This document shows positions 30,679-38,822 of a DNA stretch of 44,409 bases, piece after piece; position 1 is the stretch's first letter; each line of letters opens with the position of its first letter. The notes below the pieces were generated by a model. The model worked only from the letters and a program-made list of their open reading frames with translations. It was not told the DNA's origin and did no database searches. The position numbers and the translations under genes are program-made. Source of the stretch: a virus; the IMG/VR virus record IMGVR_UViG_3300033417_000017, positions 1 through 44,409 of that record; one strand, given 5' to 3'.

Positions 30679-31514
30679 AGTATCACTCCTGTCTGTGGGT
30701 ATCTCTGCTTGGGTCTGCCTTCGCCCAGACGAACACGTTCGTACTTATCAAACTCACAGAGACAATTTTGCACGTCCTGCGCGGTGAGCGGCAACATGCT
30801 AAGGCGCTTGTTGACCGCGTCACGTAGAACGCTCAGCCGCTCCCTGAACGCAGCTTCTGACATAAGGGCGCTTATGGGCAGCCCCAGCACACGATTCATT
30901 CCTCTGCGGCTGCCGGGGCCACTTGCGGCGAAGGTGTTGAAGTCTTCCCACTTGTTTGGGTCGGCGTACTTCCAATCGGCTATAACTTGCGCCGCCATAA
31001 AGCTGCCCAGCCCATTTTGGTTGGATAGAACAAGGTAAACGTTCGCAAGCTGGCCAACGTCCATATCCCGCGCCAGCTTTTTGCGATTATCCCACAGGGG
31101 CTGAAGAACGTGGTCGATCACATAGTCTACTTTATTCATCGCGCGCCCGTTCGTACTAACGATGTACGCAGCATTGAAGTTCTTTAGTTTCTCAGCCGTT
31201 CGTTCATGCAAGTGCTCACGAATAGATTCCGGTTTGAACGGAAGAACAAGTGGCTTTATACGAGACAACGCGCCTTCGTTGTTGAACAGCCGCGCCATAA
31301 CAAGCGCAAACCACAGATACTTATGGTCGCGCCAGCGATCTAGATAGTTCTCAAAAATCCACTTAGTCACGCGGTCATCGTTGCGACGGACGTTGCAGAA
31401 GCGATACTGGCTGATTATAGGGTCAGGTCGGACTATCTTACCGCCGCGCTCCTTGGCTACGCGGTGGCGCTCGCGGGCTTTGATAAAGTTGACTAGATCA
31501 GCTACACGCATCAC
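30675..31514 (-). CDS. aGPT-Pplase-like protein (alpha-glutamyl/putrescinyl thymine pyrophosphorylase family candidate)
   Basis: 279 aa. The N-terminal block RPDPIISQYRFCNVRRNDDRVTKWIFENY resembles, from memory, the conserved block of the aGPT-Pplase family. All-helical composition; adjacent to the ThyA-like gene. Not verified by alignment. Confidence 0.5.
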   Translation of the reverse strand: MMRVADLVNFIKARERHRVAKERGGKIVRPDPIISQYRFCNVRRNDDRVTKWIFENYLDRWRDHKYLWFALVMARLFNNEGALSRIKPLVLPFKPESIREHLHERTAEKLKNFNAAYIVSTNGRAMNKVDYVIDHVLQPLWDNRKKLARDMDVGQLANVYLVLSNQNGLGSFMAAQVIADWKYADPNKWEDFNTFAASGPGSRRGMNRVLGLPISALMSEAAFRERLSVLRDAVNKRLSMLPLTAQDVQNCLCEFDKYERVRLGEGRPKQRYPQTGVIL

Positions 31515-32274
31515 AGCCCTCCTTGTACGCCTTCTTCCAAGAAATTACAACTTCAAAGCGTTGGCCCCATTCCCCGTTGCCTGACTTGTAGTCAGTTTCT
31601 CGCACACGGACAAACTCAGAGTGGCGCTCTTTCAATCGCATGACGCTGTTATTGTGGACCTCCAGCGTGCGATACGTATTCGCACCGCCGGGGGAGCCGT
31701 GCCCGCCGTGCTGATTGACCGCGTAGCCGCCCATGACGATATTTGGGAACCCCTTGCGCAGAAGTTGGAGCGTGATATCGAAGTCGTCTTGCACTAGCCC
31801 GGCGCAGTACTTCACGCCAGCAGCACGGAACTTCTCCACATTGAAGCCGAATACGTGCCACGGACGAGAGCAGAACATATCCCCGGTTACGCGGTTACCG
31901 CCCTGCCGCGCAATCGTAGACGCGTGGGCGTACTTACCAAGATGCTTCTCCAGCGTGTTGAACATGCGGCGCACGTCGGCGGGCTTGGCCTGCCTGAACT
32001 TCGTAGTATCGTCGGTGCGGCGCACGTGGAAGCTAAGGTCGTCATCCACCATGACCGCCGCGGCCTCGCTGGCGTGATCCATGATCCACTGGCGCGCACG
32101 GGCTATGCCAATGCCTTGCGGATGCTCGACGACCTCGACAGCGGGCAGGGCGGCGCGGTACGCCTTGGCTTCACCCTTGGGTACGACCATTATGGGCGTA
32201 AGCCCAGCGCCTGCTAGGTCTAGGGCGGTACGCACGTCGTGGCTGCGTTGCATGGAAGGTATGAATATCTGCAT
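31498..32274 (-). CDS. GT-A fold glycosyltransferase-like protein
   Basis: 258 aa. MQIFIPSMQRSHDV (beta1 plus Ser/Arg as in GT-A N-termini), AAVMVDDDLSF (DxD) and VQDDFDITLQLL. CDS confidence is high; function confidence is moderate. Confidence 0.55.
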   Translation of the reverse strand: MQIFIPSMQRSHDVRTALDLAGAGLTPIMVVPKGEAKAYRAALPAVEVVEHPQGIGIARARQWIMDHASEAAAVMVDDDLSFHVRRTDDTTKFRQAKPADVRRMFNTLEKHLGKYAHASTIARQGGNRVTGDMFCSRPWHVFGFNVEKFRAAGVKYCAGLVQDDFDITLQLLRKGFPNIVMGGYAVNQHGGHGSPGGANTYRTLEVHNNSVMRLKERHSEFVRVRETDYKSGNGEWGQRFEVVISWKKAYKEGCDACS

Positions 32275-32306
32275 TTAGCGTCTCCGCAAGATTGCTTCGA
32301 GGACTA

Positions 32307-32339
32307 AGAGACCCCGCCTTTTCAAGGGGCGGGGTCTCT
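32307..32339 (-). promoter_or_regulatory. Perfect 12-bp hairpin between the AK-rich gene and the modification island
   Basis: AGAGACCCCGCC (32307-32318) pairs with GGCGGGGTCTCT (32328-32339) around a 9-nt loop. There is no clear U-tract on the minus strand. It is preceded on the minus strand by GGAGCCATAG. Confidence 0.6.
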
Positions 32340-32361
32340 ATGGCTCCGGTTGCTGGGTCCG

Positions 32362-32970
32362 TTAGAAGGCGATGTACCCCTTCTTCTCAGCCCATGCAAA
32401 GTCGACGCGGCGATCACCGTAGGTCTTGTCAGCGGCGAGCGCGGCCTTCGCAGCGTAGGTGGACTTGTGCGCCATGATGATATCCACCATTGCAGCGGTC
32501 CAAGAACCTTCGCGGGCCTTGATGTCGGCGCGCTTGACGAGATGCTTGTAGGTTCGGTCGGCCTGCGGGGCCTTTGCAACCTTCGCCGCCTTGGGAGCGG
32601 CGGGCTTCGCCGCCTTGGGAGCGGCCTTCCTTGTGAGCTTTTCGGCCATGGTATTCAATTCTCCTTTCGTAAATGGGGACACTGCCCCGACTAGCTGCAC
32701 CGCTTCTGGGGAGGCCCCATGGTCCAACATGTCTTGCTTTAACTCCAGAAGAAGCGACTGTAAAGTTTCTTCTTCATGTTGCTGTTTACCATAAAGCGGC
32801 AGTTGCTGCTCGTGTATTACGCGATCGAACACGCCCAGCCCGCTCGACACGCTCGGCATCCGGTACACCGCCCTGGCCCCGCAGAATGTAGGGGCCATGA
32901 CAAAGAGCCTGCCAAACCTGCCGCCGAGCATACTTGCCGGGTCGGTGACGACATAAGGATACTTAGCCAC
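32362..32970 (-). CDS. AK-rich (H1/AlgP-like) protein, paralog of 5202..5819; possible internal start at 32649
   Basis: 202 aa. KAAPKAAKPAAPKAAKVAKAP linker, then ADRTYKHLVKRADIKAREGSWTAAMVDIIMAHKSTYAAKAALAADKTYGDRRVDFAWAEKKGYIAF. AAAGGAGA lies ~10 nt upstream of the in-frame ATG at 32649. Confidence 0.8.
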   Translation of the reverse strand: MAKYPYVVTDPASMLGGRFGRLFVMAPTFCGARAVYRMPSVSSGLGVFDRVIHEQQLPLYGKQQHEEETLQSLLLELKQDMLDHGASPEAVQLVGAVSPFTKGELNTMAEKLTRKAAPKAAKPAAPKAAKVAKAPQADRTYKHLVKRADIKAREGSWTAAMVDIIMAHKSTYAAKAALAADKTYGDRRVDFAWAEKKGYIAF

Positions 32971-34447
32971 GACGCTTTACCTCCAGCGCGTCTAACAGAG
33001 CATTCTGCGTTCTAGTCTTAGCGCGTTGAACGTGGAACACTGTTTCGTCTATGGTCCCCCGCGCCAGTATGTGATGGACGAACACACGCTGCGCCGTGTT
33101 CCCCTGCCTGCGGACGCGTTTGATAAACTGGTCATAAAGCTCTAAGTCCCAGAACAGGCTGAACCAGATAACGTGCTGCGCGCTGCCTTTCTGGAAGTTT
33201 AGCCCGTGCCCCATGCTGGCCGGATGGCCGAATAGGATAGGTATCTGGTTAGCGTTCCACGCATCCTCTATAGCCTTGGCCTTGGCCTGCGTTCTAGCGT
33301 CGGACATGAATACTGCGGTCGGGAACCTTTTCCGCAGCCGCGCCTCGTCGTGGTTGAACTCGTAGGCTACCAGCACGGGCGCGCCGTTAAGCTCGTCTAT
33401 CAACTCCTCTAGAGCGCCCAGCTTAAGGTCGTGTAGCTCCAACACGGCGCGCTTGCTGCCCATAACCTTAGAAGCCAAGTCATCATCCACATAGACCGCG
33501 CCGTTGGCAATCTGGCGGCATTTGGTGCTGGCGGCTGCGGCATTAGAAGCGACGATTTGTCGGTCTTCCAGCTTGGCCAGTAGTTCGTCCTCCAGCGTAT
33601 CATAGAGGCTGCGCACCTTGGGCGGTAGATCAATGAATATCTTTAGCGGCATAATTTCTGGTAATTCTAAGTGGTCCTCCGCGCTGGCGCGCATGGCCAG
33701 CGGGCGGATCGCAGCATATATGCGCTCCGCCGCGCCGGGTTGCAGCGCCCAATTCCACCCGTTGCGGTCCAACGCCACGAAATACTTCATGCGGTAGTGA
33801 GTCACGTACTGGCCCAGCGCGTTGCCAAGGTCTAGCACGTACATCTGCCCAAACAGGTCCATCAGCCCGTTAGGCGCGGGGGTGCCCGTCAATCCCCAGC
33901 GCCGCGTGAACGTGCGGAGAACCTGCTTTAGCATCTTAAACCTGACACCTTTGGTATGCTTGAACTTGGTAAGTTCGTCTATAACCAACGTATCAAAGCC
34001 CAGCGCCTTCCAGCGGCGCAGGTCCATCGCTCTTCCGCGCGACGGCCCGCCATAAAAGAGCCATTCAAGTCCTTCTGGGTTTATGACGAGAATATCGTAG
34101 TCCTCTACATTATCTAAAACATGCTGTTTCTGCGGGCCGTGGAGAAGGCCGATGCGGATATGTTCCAGGTCACTCCACTCTTTAGGCTCCTCCGGCCAGA
34201 CAAGTTGAGCTACGCGCAGCGGCGCGATAACTAAGGCGCGACGATTGGTCTTTGCCTTGTTCAGCGCATCTAGGGCCTTGAGGACTACGGCGGTTTTCCC
34301 CATTCCGGGGTCTAATAGCAGCGCCGCCGCGCCGTGGCTGAGCAGGAACTTTATGCCCTGCTTCTGGTAGTTATGCGCGAGCTTGCTGAACGCGAGCTTG
34401 GATTGCGGCAAGCGCGGCTTCTTCGTCGTCAGTCCACGCGACATCAT
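32963..34447 (-). CDS. SNF2-family helicase/translocase
   Basis: 494 aa; LLDPGMGKT (motif I), LVIDELTKFKH (DExx), C-terminal helicase lobe GHPASMGHGLNFQ and QFIKRVRRQGN (motif VI). Confidence 0.9.
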   Translation of the reverse strand: MMSRGLTTKKPRLPQSKLAFSKLAHNYQKQGIKFLLSHGAAALLLDPGMGKTAVVLKALDALNKAKTNRRALVIAPLRVAQLVWPEEPKEWSDLEHIRIGLLHGPQKQHVLDNVEDYDILVINPEGLEWLFYGGPSRGRAMDLRRWKALGFDTLVIDELTKFKHTKGVRFKMLKQVLRTFTRRWGLTGTPAPNGLMDLFGQMYVLDLGNALGQYVTHYRMKYFVALDRNGWNWALQPGAAERIYAAIRPLAMRASAEDHLELPEIMPLKIFIDLPPKVRSLYDTLEDELLAKLEDRQIVASNAAAASTKCRQIANGAVYVDDDLASKVMGSKRAVLELHDLKLGALEELIDELNGAPVLVAYEFNHDEARLRKRFPTAVFMSDARTQAKAKAIEDAWNANQIPILFGHPASMGHGLNFQKGSAQHVIWFSLFWDLELYDQFIKRVRRQGNTAQRVFVHHILARGTIDETVFHVQRAKTRTQNALLDALEVKRRG

Positions 34448-34673
34448 ATCCTAACCCTTCCAACATAGCGTGAATGTATTCTTGCTTTGCGTCGGGCGCG
34501 TACCCCACTTCCTTGAATTCCAACAAAAACGGCTTGCCGCCCGGTATGAAAAACAGCCTGTCTGGCCAGCCTGTCTCGCTGCCTTGGGGCGGCTCTAGCT
34601 TCAAGCTGGCCACCCCAAAGCGGCTGAGCGCCTTGGCCTTTACGCGTCCTTCTAAAGCAGACTCTCTACGCAA
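34371..34673 (-). CDS. VRR-NUC domain nuclease
   Basis: 100 aa (TTG start); GWPDRLFFIPGGKPFLLEFKEVG gives the PD...(E)xK core, followed by KQEYIHAMLEGLGY, typical of VRR-NUC. Confidence 0.75.
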   Translation of the reverse strand: MRRESALEGRVKAKALSRFGVASLKLEPPQGSETGWPDRLFFIPGGKPFLLEFKEVGYAPDAKQEYIHAMLEGLGYDVAWTDDEEAALAAIQARVQQARA

Positions 34674-34971
34674 GAGAGGAGAGGCGTCGAGCTTGATTTT
34701 CTAATGGAACCAGCGCGTTCTCTACGCTTCTTAATGCTTCGAAAGCACCGCCGATAGAACCTGCGTAGATAGGGGCAGCACGTACTTCGCCACGCGGTTC
34801 AGAGGGCACATTAGGTGATTCTCCCATAAGCATATCGGCGGCGGCAGCTACACGAGAAGTCATCTCGGCAATGCGGCCCGCTGTTTCTTCTAACCGATGC
34901 CGCATCTCTTCCATGGGAGACTCGGGGCGCGGTTGGCCCCCTGCATTATCAAACTTGGTTTCTGGGTACAT
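34666..34971 (-). CDS. Hypothetical protein (101 aa)
   Basis: Track ORF, tightly packed. Confidence 0.6.
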   Translation of the reverse strand: MYPETKFDNAGGQPRPESPMEEMRHRLEETAGRIAEMTSRVAAAADMLMGESPNVPSEPRGEVRAAPIYAGSIGGAFEALRSVENALVPLENQARRLSSLA

Positions 34972-34973
34972 TT

Positions 34974-35576
34974 CTAATCTCCTTGCTTAAGCTCGTCGCT
35001 GTGAGTGTTCCTAATGGCCGCGACAATTTCCATCAGGTGCGTTGCTTGCGACTTAGCATCGTCAAGCGCGTTGTGGTAAGTCCCCTGCCGCTCCAGCTTG
35101 GGCGCTGCGTAAGCATCCCCGAGTAGCTCGTGCAGGTTCTTCAGCGTGCGGTAGCAGCGCCCGCCCCAAGCGGGTAGAAAGGGACTGACGCCGCTGGCAT
35201 CGTACATACAAGCCAGTATGGGGTTATCAAAGTCTGCGCCGTTGCCGTATAGGCGGATATTGCGGCGGTCGTTAGTTAGACCGCGCAGCCAGTCGTCAAA
35301 CTGCACCATAGCGTTCACAAGGCGGAGGGCGTTGCCGCTTAGTGCGTGTTCCAAAGCTGTTCTCGCTTCCGGCGATTGCTTGGCCCACCATGTTTTAGTT
35401 CCTTCCTCTTCGCGAAGATAGTGATCACGGCAGGATTCTACGTCGATAACAACATAGAATTCACTACCAAGCTCGTTCCGCTCAGGATGGAACTCCACTG
35501 CTCCGATGCTGAACCCTACGCAACCGGGCACGACGCCCAGAGTTTCAAGGTCAAGCATTATGTGAACTAGTCTCAC
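34974..35576 (-). CDS. DEDDh 3'-5' exonuclease (RNase H-like fold)
   Basis: 200 aa; IMLDLETLG (Exo I D-x-E), NGADFDNPIL (Exo II) and YHNALDDAKSQA (Exo III H-x4-D). Confidence 0.85.
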   Translation of the reverse strand: MRLVHIMLDLETLGVVPGCVGFSIGAVEFHPERNELGSEFYVVIDVESCRDHYLREEEGTKTWWAKQSPEARTALEHALSGNALRLVNAMVQFDDWLRGLTNDRRNIRLYGNGADFDNPILACMYDASGVSPFLPAWGGRCYRTLKNLHELLGDAYAAPKLERQGTYHNALDDAKSQATHLMEIVAAIRNTHSDELKQGD

Positions 35577-35767
35577 TCTGGGTACTCCTGCGCTATAGTT
35601 TTCTGCAGAAGACTTATGTGCTCCTGCATCGCCTTGAACTCAGCGATCAGCTTACTGCGGTCGGGGGCGAAGTTCGGATCAGAAGACATAAGATCCATTT
35701 CAATAATACTCGTCGACTTCCTAATCCCGTCTATCTGTGAAGCGCCTACGACGAACTTTCTTCTCAT
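35573..35767 (-). CDS. Small hypothetical protein (64 aa)
   Basis: Internal ATG at 35767 with GGGAGAG upstream avoids the 74-nt overlap of the track ORF with the upstream nuclease gene. Confidence 0.55.
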   Translation of the reverse strand: MRRKFVVGASQIDGIRKSTSIIEMDLMSSDPNFAPDRSKLIAEFKAMQEHISLLQKTIAQEYPE

Positions 35768-35777
35768 ATTTCTCTCC

Positions 35778-36446
35778 CTAGAACTGGCACGGGCCACCCT
35801 TGGCTTTGCTGTAGTCACACCATCTGCATTTGTCGTTAGGAGTGGGAGCAAAGCGCTTGTCTTTAAACATGGCGACTATCTTGCTCTCCCACCCCGCCTT
35901 GATACCTTCGAATTCATCGCGCGTGTACTCGCGGATAACTTCGTTGTCATCTTTCTGGTCTAAGTACCAAAGCCGCGTCGTTACGTGGTTGACTTCCGGC
36001 CACTTTATGAAAGGGGCGCAGCTAAAGAGCTCAACCTGCTCTTCGTTAGTGTCGTACTTCCGCCCAGTCTTGAAGTCGATCAAGTCCACTGTGTGGTCGT
36101 CGTACTTCACCACAACGTCGCAGACTATGCGCAGCCACGTATCGCGCGCGAACCATTCAGTCGGCGTCCACTCGCGCGTAAATCCCCATTGCTGTTCAAC
36201 CATGGGGGCCAGCTTTAGCAGGTGCAGCATTTCATCGTTGAAGTGGCGGTAGTTCTCCGGAACTTTGGGCTTGCGCGCCTTGGCCGTTAGAAACCGCTCC
36301 CCTTCCTTGTGAATGTCCCCGCCGCGCTGCATCGCAGGATTAGGCTTCTCTGGCAGCTTGTCAATGTGCTTCAGTTTGAAGCGCAGCGGGCATTGCTTGT
36401 AATCGGCGTACCGACTGTAAGACCACGCGGTTATTCCGTTGCTCAC
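35778..36446 (-). CDS. PD-(D/E)XK nuclease, Cas4/RecB-like with C-terminal Cys cluster
   Basis: 222 aa; an N-terminal Cys (YKQCPLRF), CDVVVKYDDHTVDLIDFKTGRKY (D...D-x-K) and C-terminal CRWCDY...GGPC. Confidence 0.85.
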   Translation of the reverse strand: MSNGITAWSYSRYADYKQCPLRFKLKHIDKLPEKPNPAMQRGGDIHKEGERFLTAKARKPKVPENYRHFNDEMLHLLKLAPMVEQQWGFTREWTPTEWFARDTWLRIVCDVVVKYDDHTVDLIDFKTGRKYDTNEEQVELFSCAPFIKWPEVNHVTTRLWYLDQKDDNEVIREYTRDEFEGIKAGWESKIVAMFKDKRFAPTPNDKCRWCDYSKAKGGPCQF

Positions 36447-36562
36447 TTCTTATTCTCCTTGGTCTTACCAGTACCTTTGCAGTAGGGGCACGGTTCTTTA
36501 ACACTGTGCCAACGCTCTCTCCGCCAGCGCCAGCCTTTACCTAAGCAAGCGATGCACTTCAC
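36443..36562 (-). CDS. Mini zinc-finger protein (39 aa) with two CxxCxGxG motifs
   Basis: Hand translation VKCIACLGKGWRWRRERWHSVKEPCPYCKGTGKTKENKK. It has GTGA overlaps at both ends (with the stop at 36559-36561 and the start at 36446). Below the track cut-off. Confidence 0.5.
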   Translation of the reverse strand: MKCIACLGKGWRWRRERWHSVKEPCPYCKGTGKTKENKK

Positions 36563-36822
36563 TGCATTGTGTCCTTACTACTCACTTCCAGGTCGTATTG
36601 CTTGGCCCTGTGCGCTGCGGCCAGCATTTCTAACAGCTCCAGAACAAAAGGCTCTTCAAGATTGCATGAAGTCATCGCTTCGCCGGTATCCAAGTCGTTC
36701 ACCGTAATGAGAACCGCCGGGTTCTCCATCCCTGCGGCAATAAGCATCTGAACTATCTGTTCTCCAACTTCGCCAAGAGGAAACGAATTGAGCAGCGGAT
36801 CAGGATTAATGCTCTTACTCAT
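36559..36822 (-). CDS. Small acidic hypothetical protein (87 aa)
   Basis: ATG at 36822 overlaps the last codons of the polymerase gene; MSKSINPDPLLNSFPLGEVGEQIVQMLIAAGMENPAVLITVNDLDTGEAM... Confidence 0.6.
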   Translation of the reverse strand: MSKSINPDPLLNSFPLGEVGEQIVQMLIAAGMENPAVLITVNDLDTGEAMTSCNLEEPFVLELLEMLAAAHRAKQYDLEVSSKDTMQ

Positions 36823-38722
36823 ACTTACTCTTCCCTTCTGCGCACTTCTTAAGATCTCCCCAAGTCTTACCGGTCTTACCTTCGCTGAGCATGGCCACGT
36901 CCAAATCTTCACTAACAGCTTCCATGCTTTCGCGGAGAACCTGCATCTCTGCGGCTCTATCCGGGCCGGATGACGCGTTCATTTCATCATAGACCTGCAC
37001 GAGAAAGCGCCCGCGCCGCTTAGGGTGTTCGTGGTAGTTTATCATCGCCTGCTTCGTAACGTCCGCGGCAGAACCTTGGCACAGGTAATTCAACAGCTTA
37101 TACTCGTAGGTCATAGGTCTGCCGTATTTCTTGCTAAAGCTCGGCGGCTCTACGTAATACGCCCGCCCACCCCATGTATAGAGACAGTCCCCCGCCTTGC
37201 CAAGGCTCTTACAGGCGTCGGCCAGCCCGCCGCGCCCCGTAAGGCTGGGCAGCGCCCGCCTATGCGCTGTGAGAAGCTGCTTGGCCTCATCTATGGAGCA
37301 ACCTATGCCCTGCGCGGTAGCGGGCGCGCCGCCGCCGTAGATAAGGCGAAAGTTCGCAATCTTTACGTTCTTACGCTTAAAGATCAGCGTCGTCACCTTA
37401 GTAATTAGATCAGCGACGTATTGGTGAACGTCAAGCCACGGGTTGTCAATATACGCCCGCAACAACGGCCCATCTTCAAAGTGAGCCGCAAGGCGGAGCT
37501 CCTGACCGTTATAGTCACGGTGAAGCCAAGTTTCTCCTGCGTCTGGTTGGAGATATCTTCGCACAAGCGGTAACTCTTCCACAGATTGTAGAAATGCTGG
37601 ATGCTCATACCCGTCATCATTGTCGTCCCACTGTTTGCTTATATTCAAGAAGTTCGGGTTCTTGGTCGACGGCCTGCCGGTGCGCGTGCCCCCGGCCTCG
37701 CCGCGTATCTGGTTCCAGTTAGTGGAGATATGTTCGTCGCCACGGCGCTCCGCCTGTTCTAGCCACGGCTGCATGAACATCTTCAAGCAAGTAGAAAGGC
37801 GGTTGCGGTAGCCGAATGCGCTGGCCACGCGGGGGTCTTTGTACAGGTCTGGAGTAAGCGTCTTTTTGCTGATGCTGAACTTGCCCGTCGGCGTAAGCGC
37901 AAGCTGATCTTCCCGCACTATATTGGCCTTGAGCAGAGCTTCTAAAATCTGCGCATCGTTGTCAAAGCTTATGTCTGCCTTCAGTCGTTTGCGGAGCCAA
38001 GAGTCGGCGCTGAGCAGTGCCTGCTGATAGCCGCGCACATCGCGCCGCAGGCTCCTAACGTCAATACGAATACCCGTCCGTTCGTTATCAAGAAAGATCG
38101 GCATGACCTTTTGCTCGCGCCGGTACGCACCGAGCATATCGTGGTCATTAATAACATAGTTCCACGCCTCCTTGAACAAGCCTATGGCGCGGTCAGTATC
38201 TCCGCAGGCGTAGCGGCCCACAAGATCACCCGGAGCGTGGCATATGTGGCGTCCCCACTCAGATGGAGTGAACCTGCCATGCGCAGCCTCTAGTTCCCGC
38301 TTGCGCGCCATGACCCACGCCTTAAGCGCATCCTGCTCATCTGGCGGCTCACCTAGGAACCGCTCAGCCAAGCTCTTAAGGTCTAGCTCTCGCGAATGCG
38401 GATCGCGTAGGAACATGAGGAACATAGCGTCGTGGATTTCTTCGGCTGGCAGGCGGGGCAGGCCCAAGTGGGTTTCGCCTACGTCACAGTCGAACTTACC
38501 ATTGAAAAACAGAACGCCCTTACCCGGCTTCCACACTGTCTTCAATGCATTGATCGCGTCCTTTTTGGAGCAATTGTTTTCAGCAGGGTGATTCCATGCA
38601 AAGTAGCGGCTCTTCTTACCGGGCAGCTTTATACTCACTCCCACTGGCGCAGGCGGGTAATCCGGCCGCGCTTCTATGCCCTTCGTTTCGAAGTCAATTG
38701 TAGGGAGAACCGGACAGCGCAC
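36815..38722 (-). CDS. Family A DNA polymerase with N-terminal 3'-5' exonuclease domain
   Basis: 635 aa; IDFETKG (Exo I), FFNGKFD (Exo II), DYNGQELRLAAH (motif A), RKNVKIANFRLIYGG (motif B region) and LVQVYDEM (motif C). Confidence 0.95.
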   Translation of the reverse strand: MRCPVLPTIDFETKGIEARPDYPPAPVGVSIKLPGKKSRYFAWNHPAENNCSKKDAINALKTVWKPGKGVLFFNGKFDCDVGETHLGLPRLPAEEIHDAMFLMFLRDPHSRELDLKSLAERFLGEPPDEQDALKAWVMARKRELEAAHGRFTPSEWGRHICHAPGDLVGRYACGDTDRAIGLFKEAWNYVINDHDMLGAYRREQKVMPIFLDNERTGIRIDVRSLRRDVRGYQQALLSADSWLRKRLKADISFDNDAQILEALLKANIVREDQLALTPTGKFSISKKTLTPDLYKDPRVASAFGYRNRLSTCLKMFMQPWLEQAERRGDEHISTNWNQIRGEAGGTRTGRPSTKNPNFLNISKQWDDNDDGYEHPAFLQSVEELPLVRRYLQPDAGETWLHRDYNGQELRLAAHFEDGPLLRAYIDNPWLDVHQYVADLITKVTTLIFKRKNVKIANFRLIYGGGAPATAQGIGCSIDEAKQLLTAHRRALPSLTGRGGLADACKSLGKAGDCLYTWGGRAYYVEPPSFSKKYGRPMTYEYKLLNYLCQGSAADVTKQAMINYHEHPKRRGRFLVQVYDEMNASSGPDRAAEMQVLRESMEAVSEDLDVAMLSEGKTGKTWGDLKKCAEGKSKYE

Positions 38723-38742
38723 ATTAGATCCTTAGTAGAAGC

Positions 38743-38817
38743 GGCGACGTGCCGGAGTGACTCAGCACGCCGCCGCCCTGCGCCAGCCCCGGCGCTATGA
38801 GGGGGACGCCGGGGCTG
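38743..38817 (-). promoter_or_regulatory. Two tandem GC-rich hairpins between 38823..39656 and the polymerase gene
   Basis: CAGCCCCGGCG (38784-38794) pairs with CGCCGGGGCTG (38807-38817), a perfect 11 bp. GGCGACGTGC (38743-38752) pairs with GCACGCCGCC (38765-38774) with 1 mismatch. Confidence 0.55.
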
Positions 38818-38822
38818 AACAG

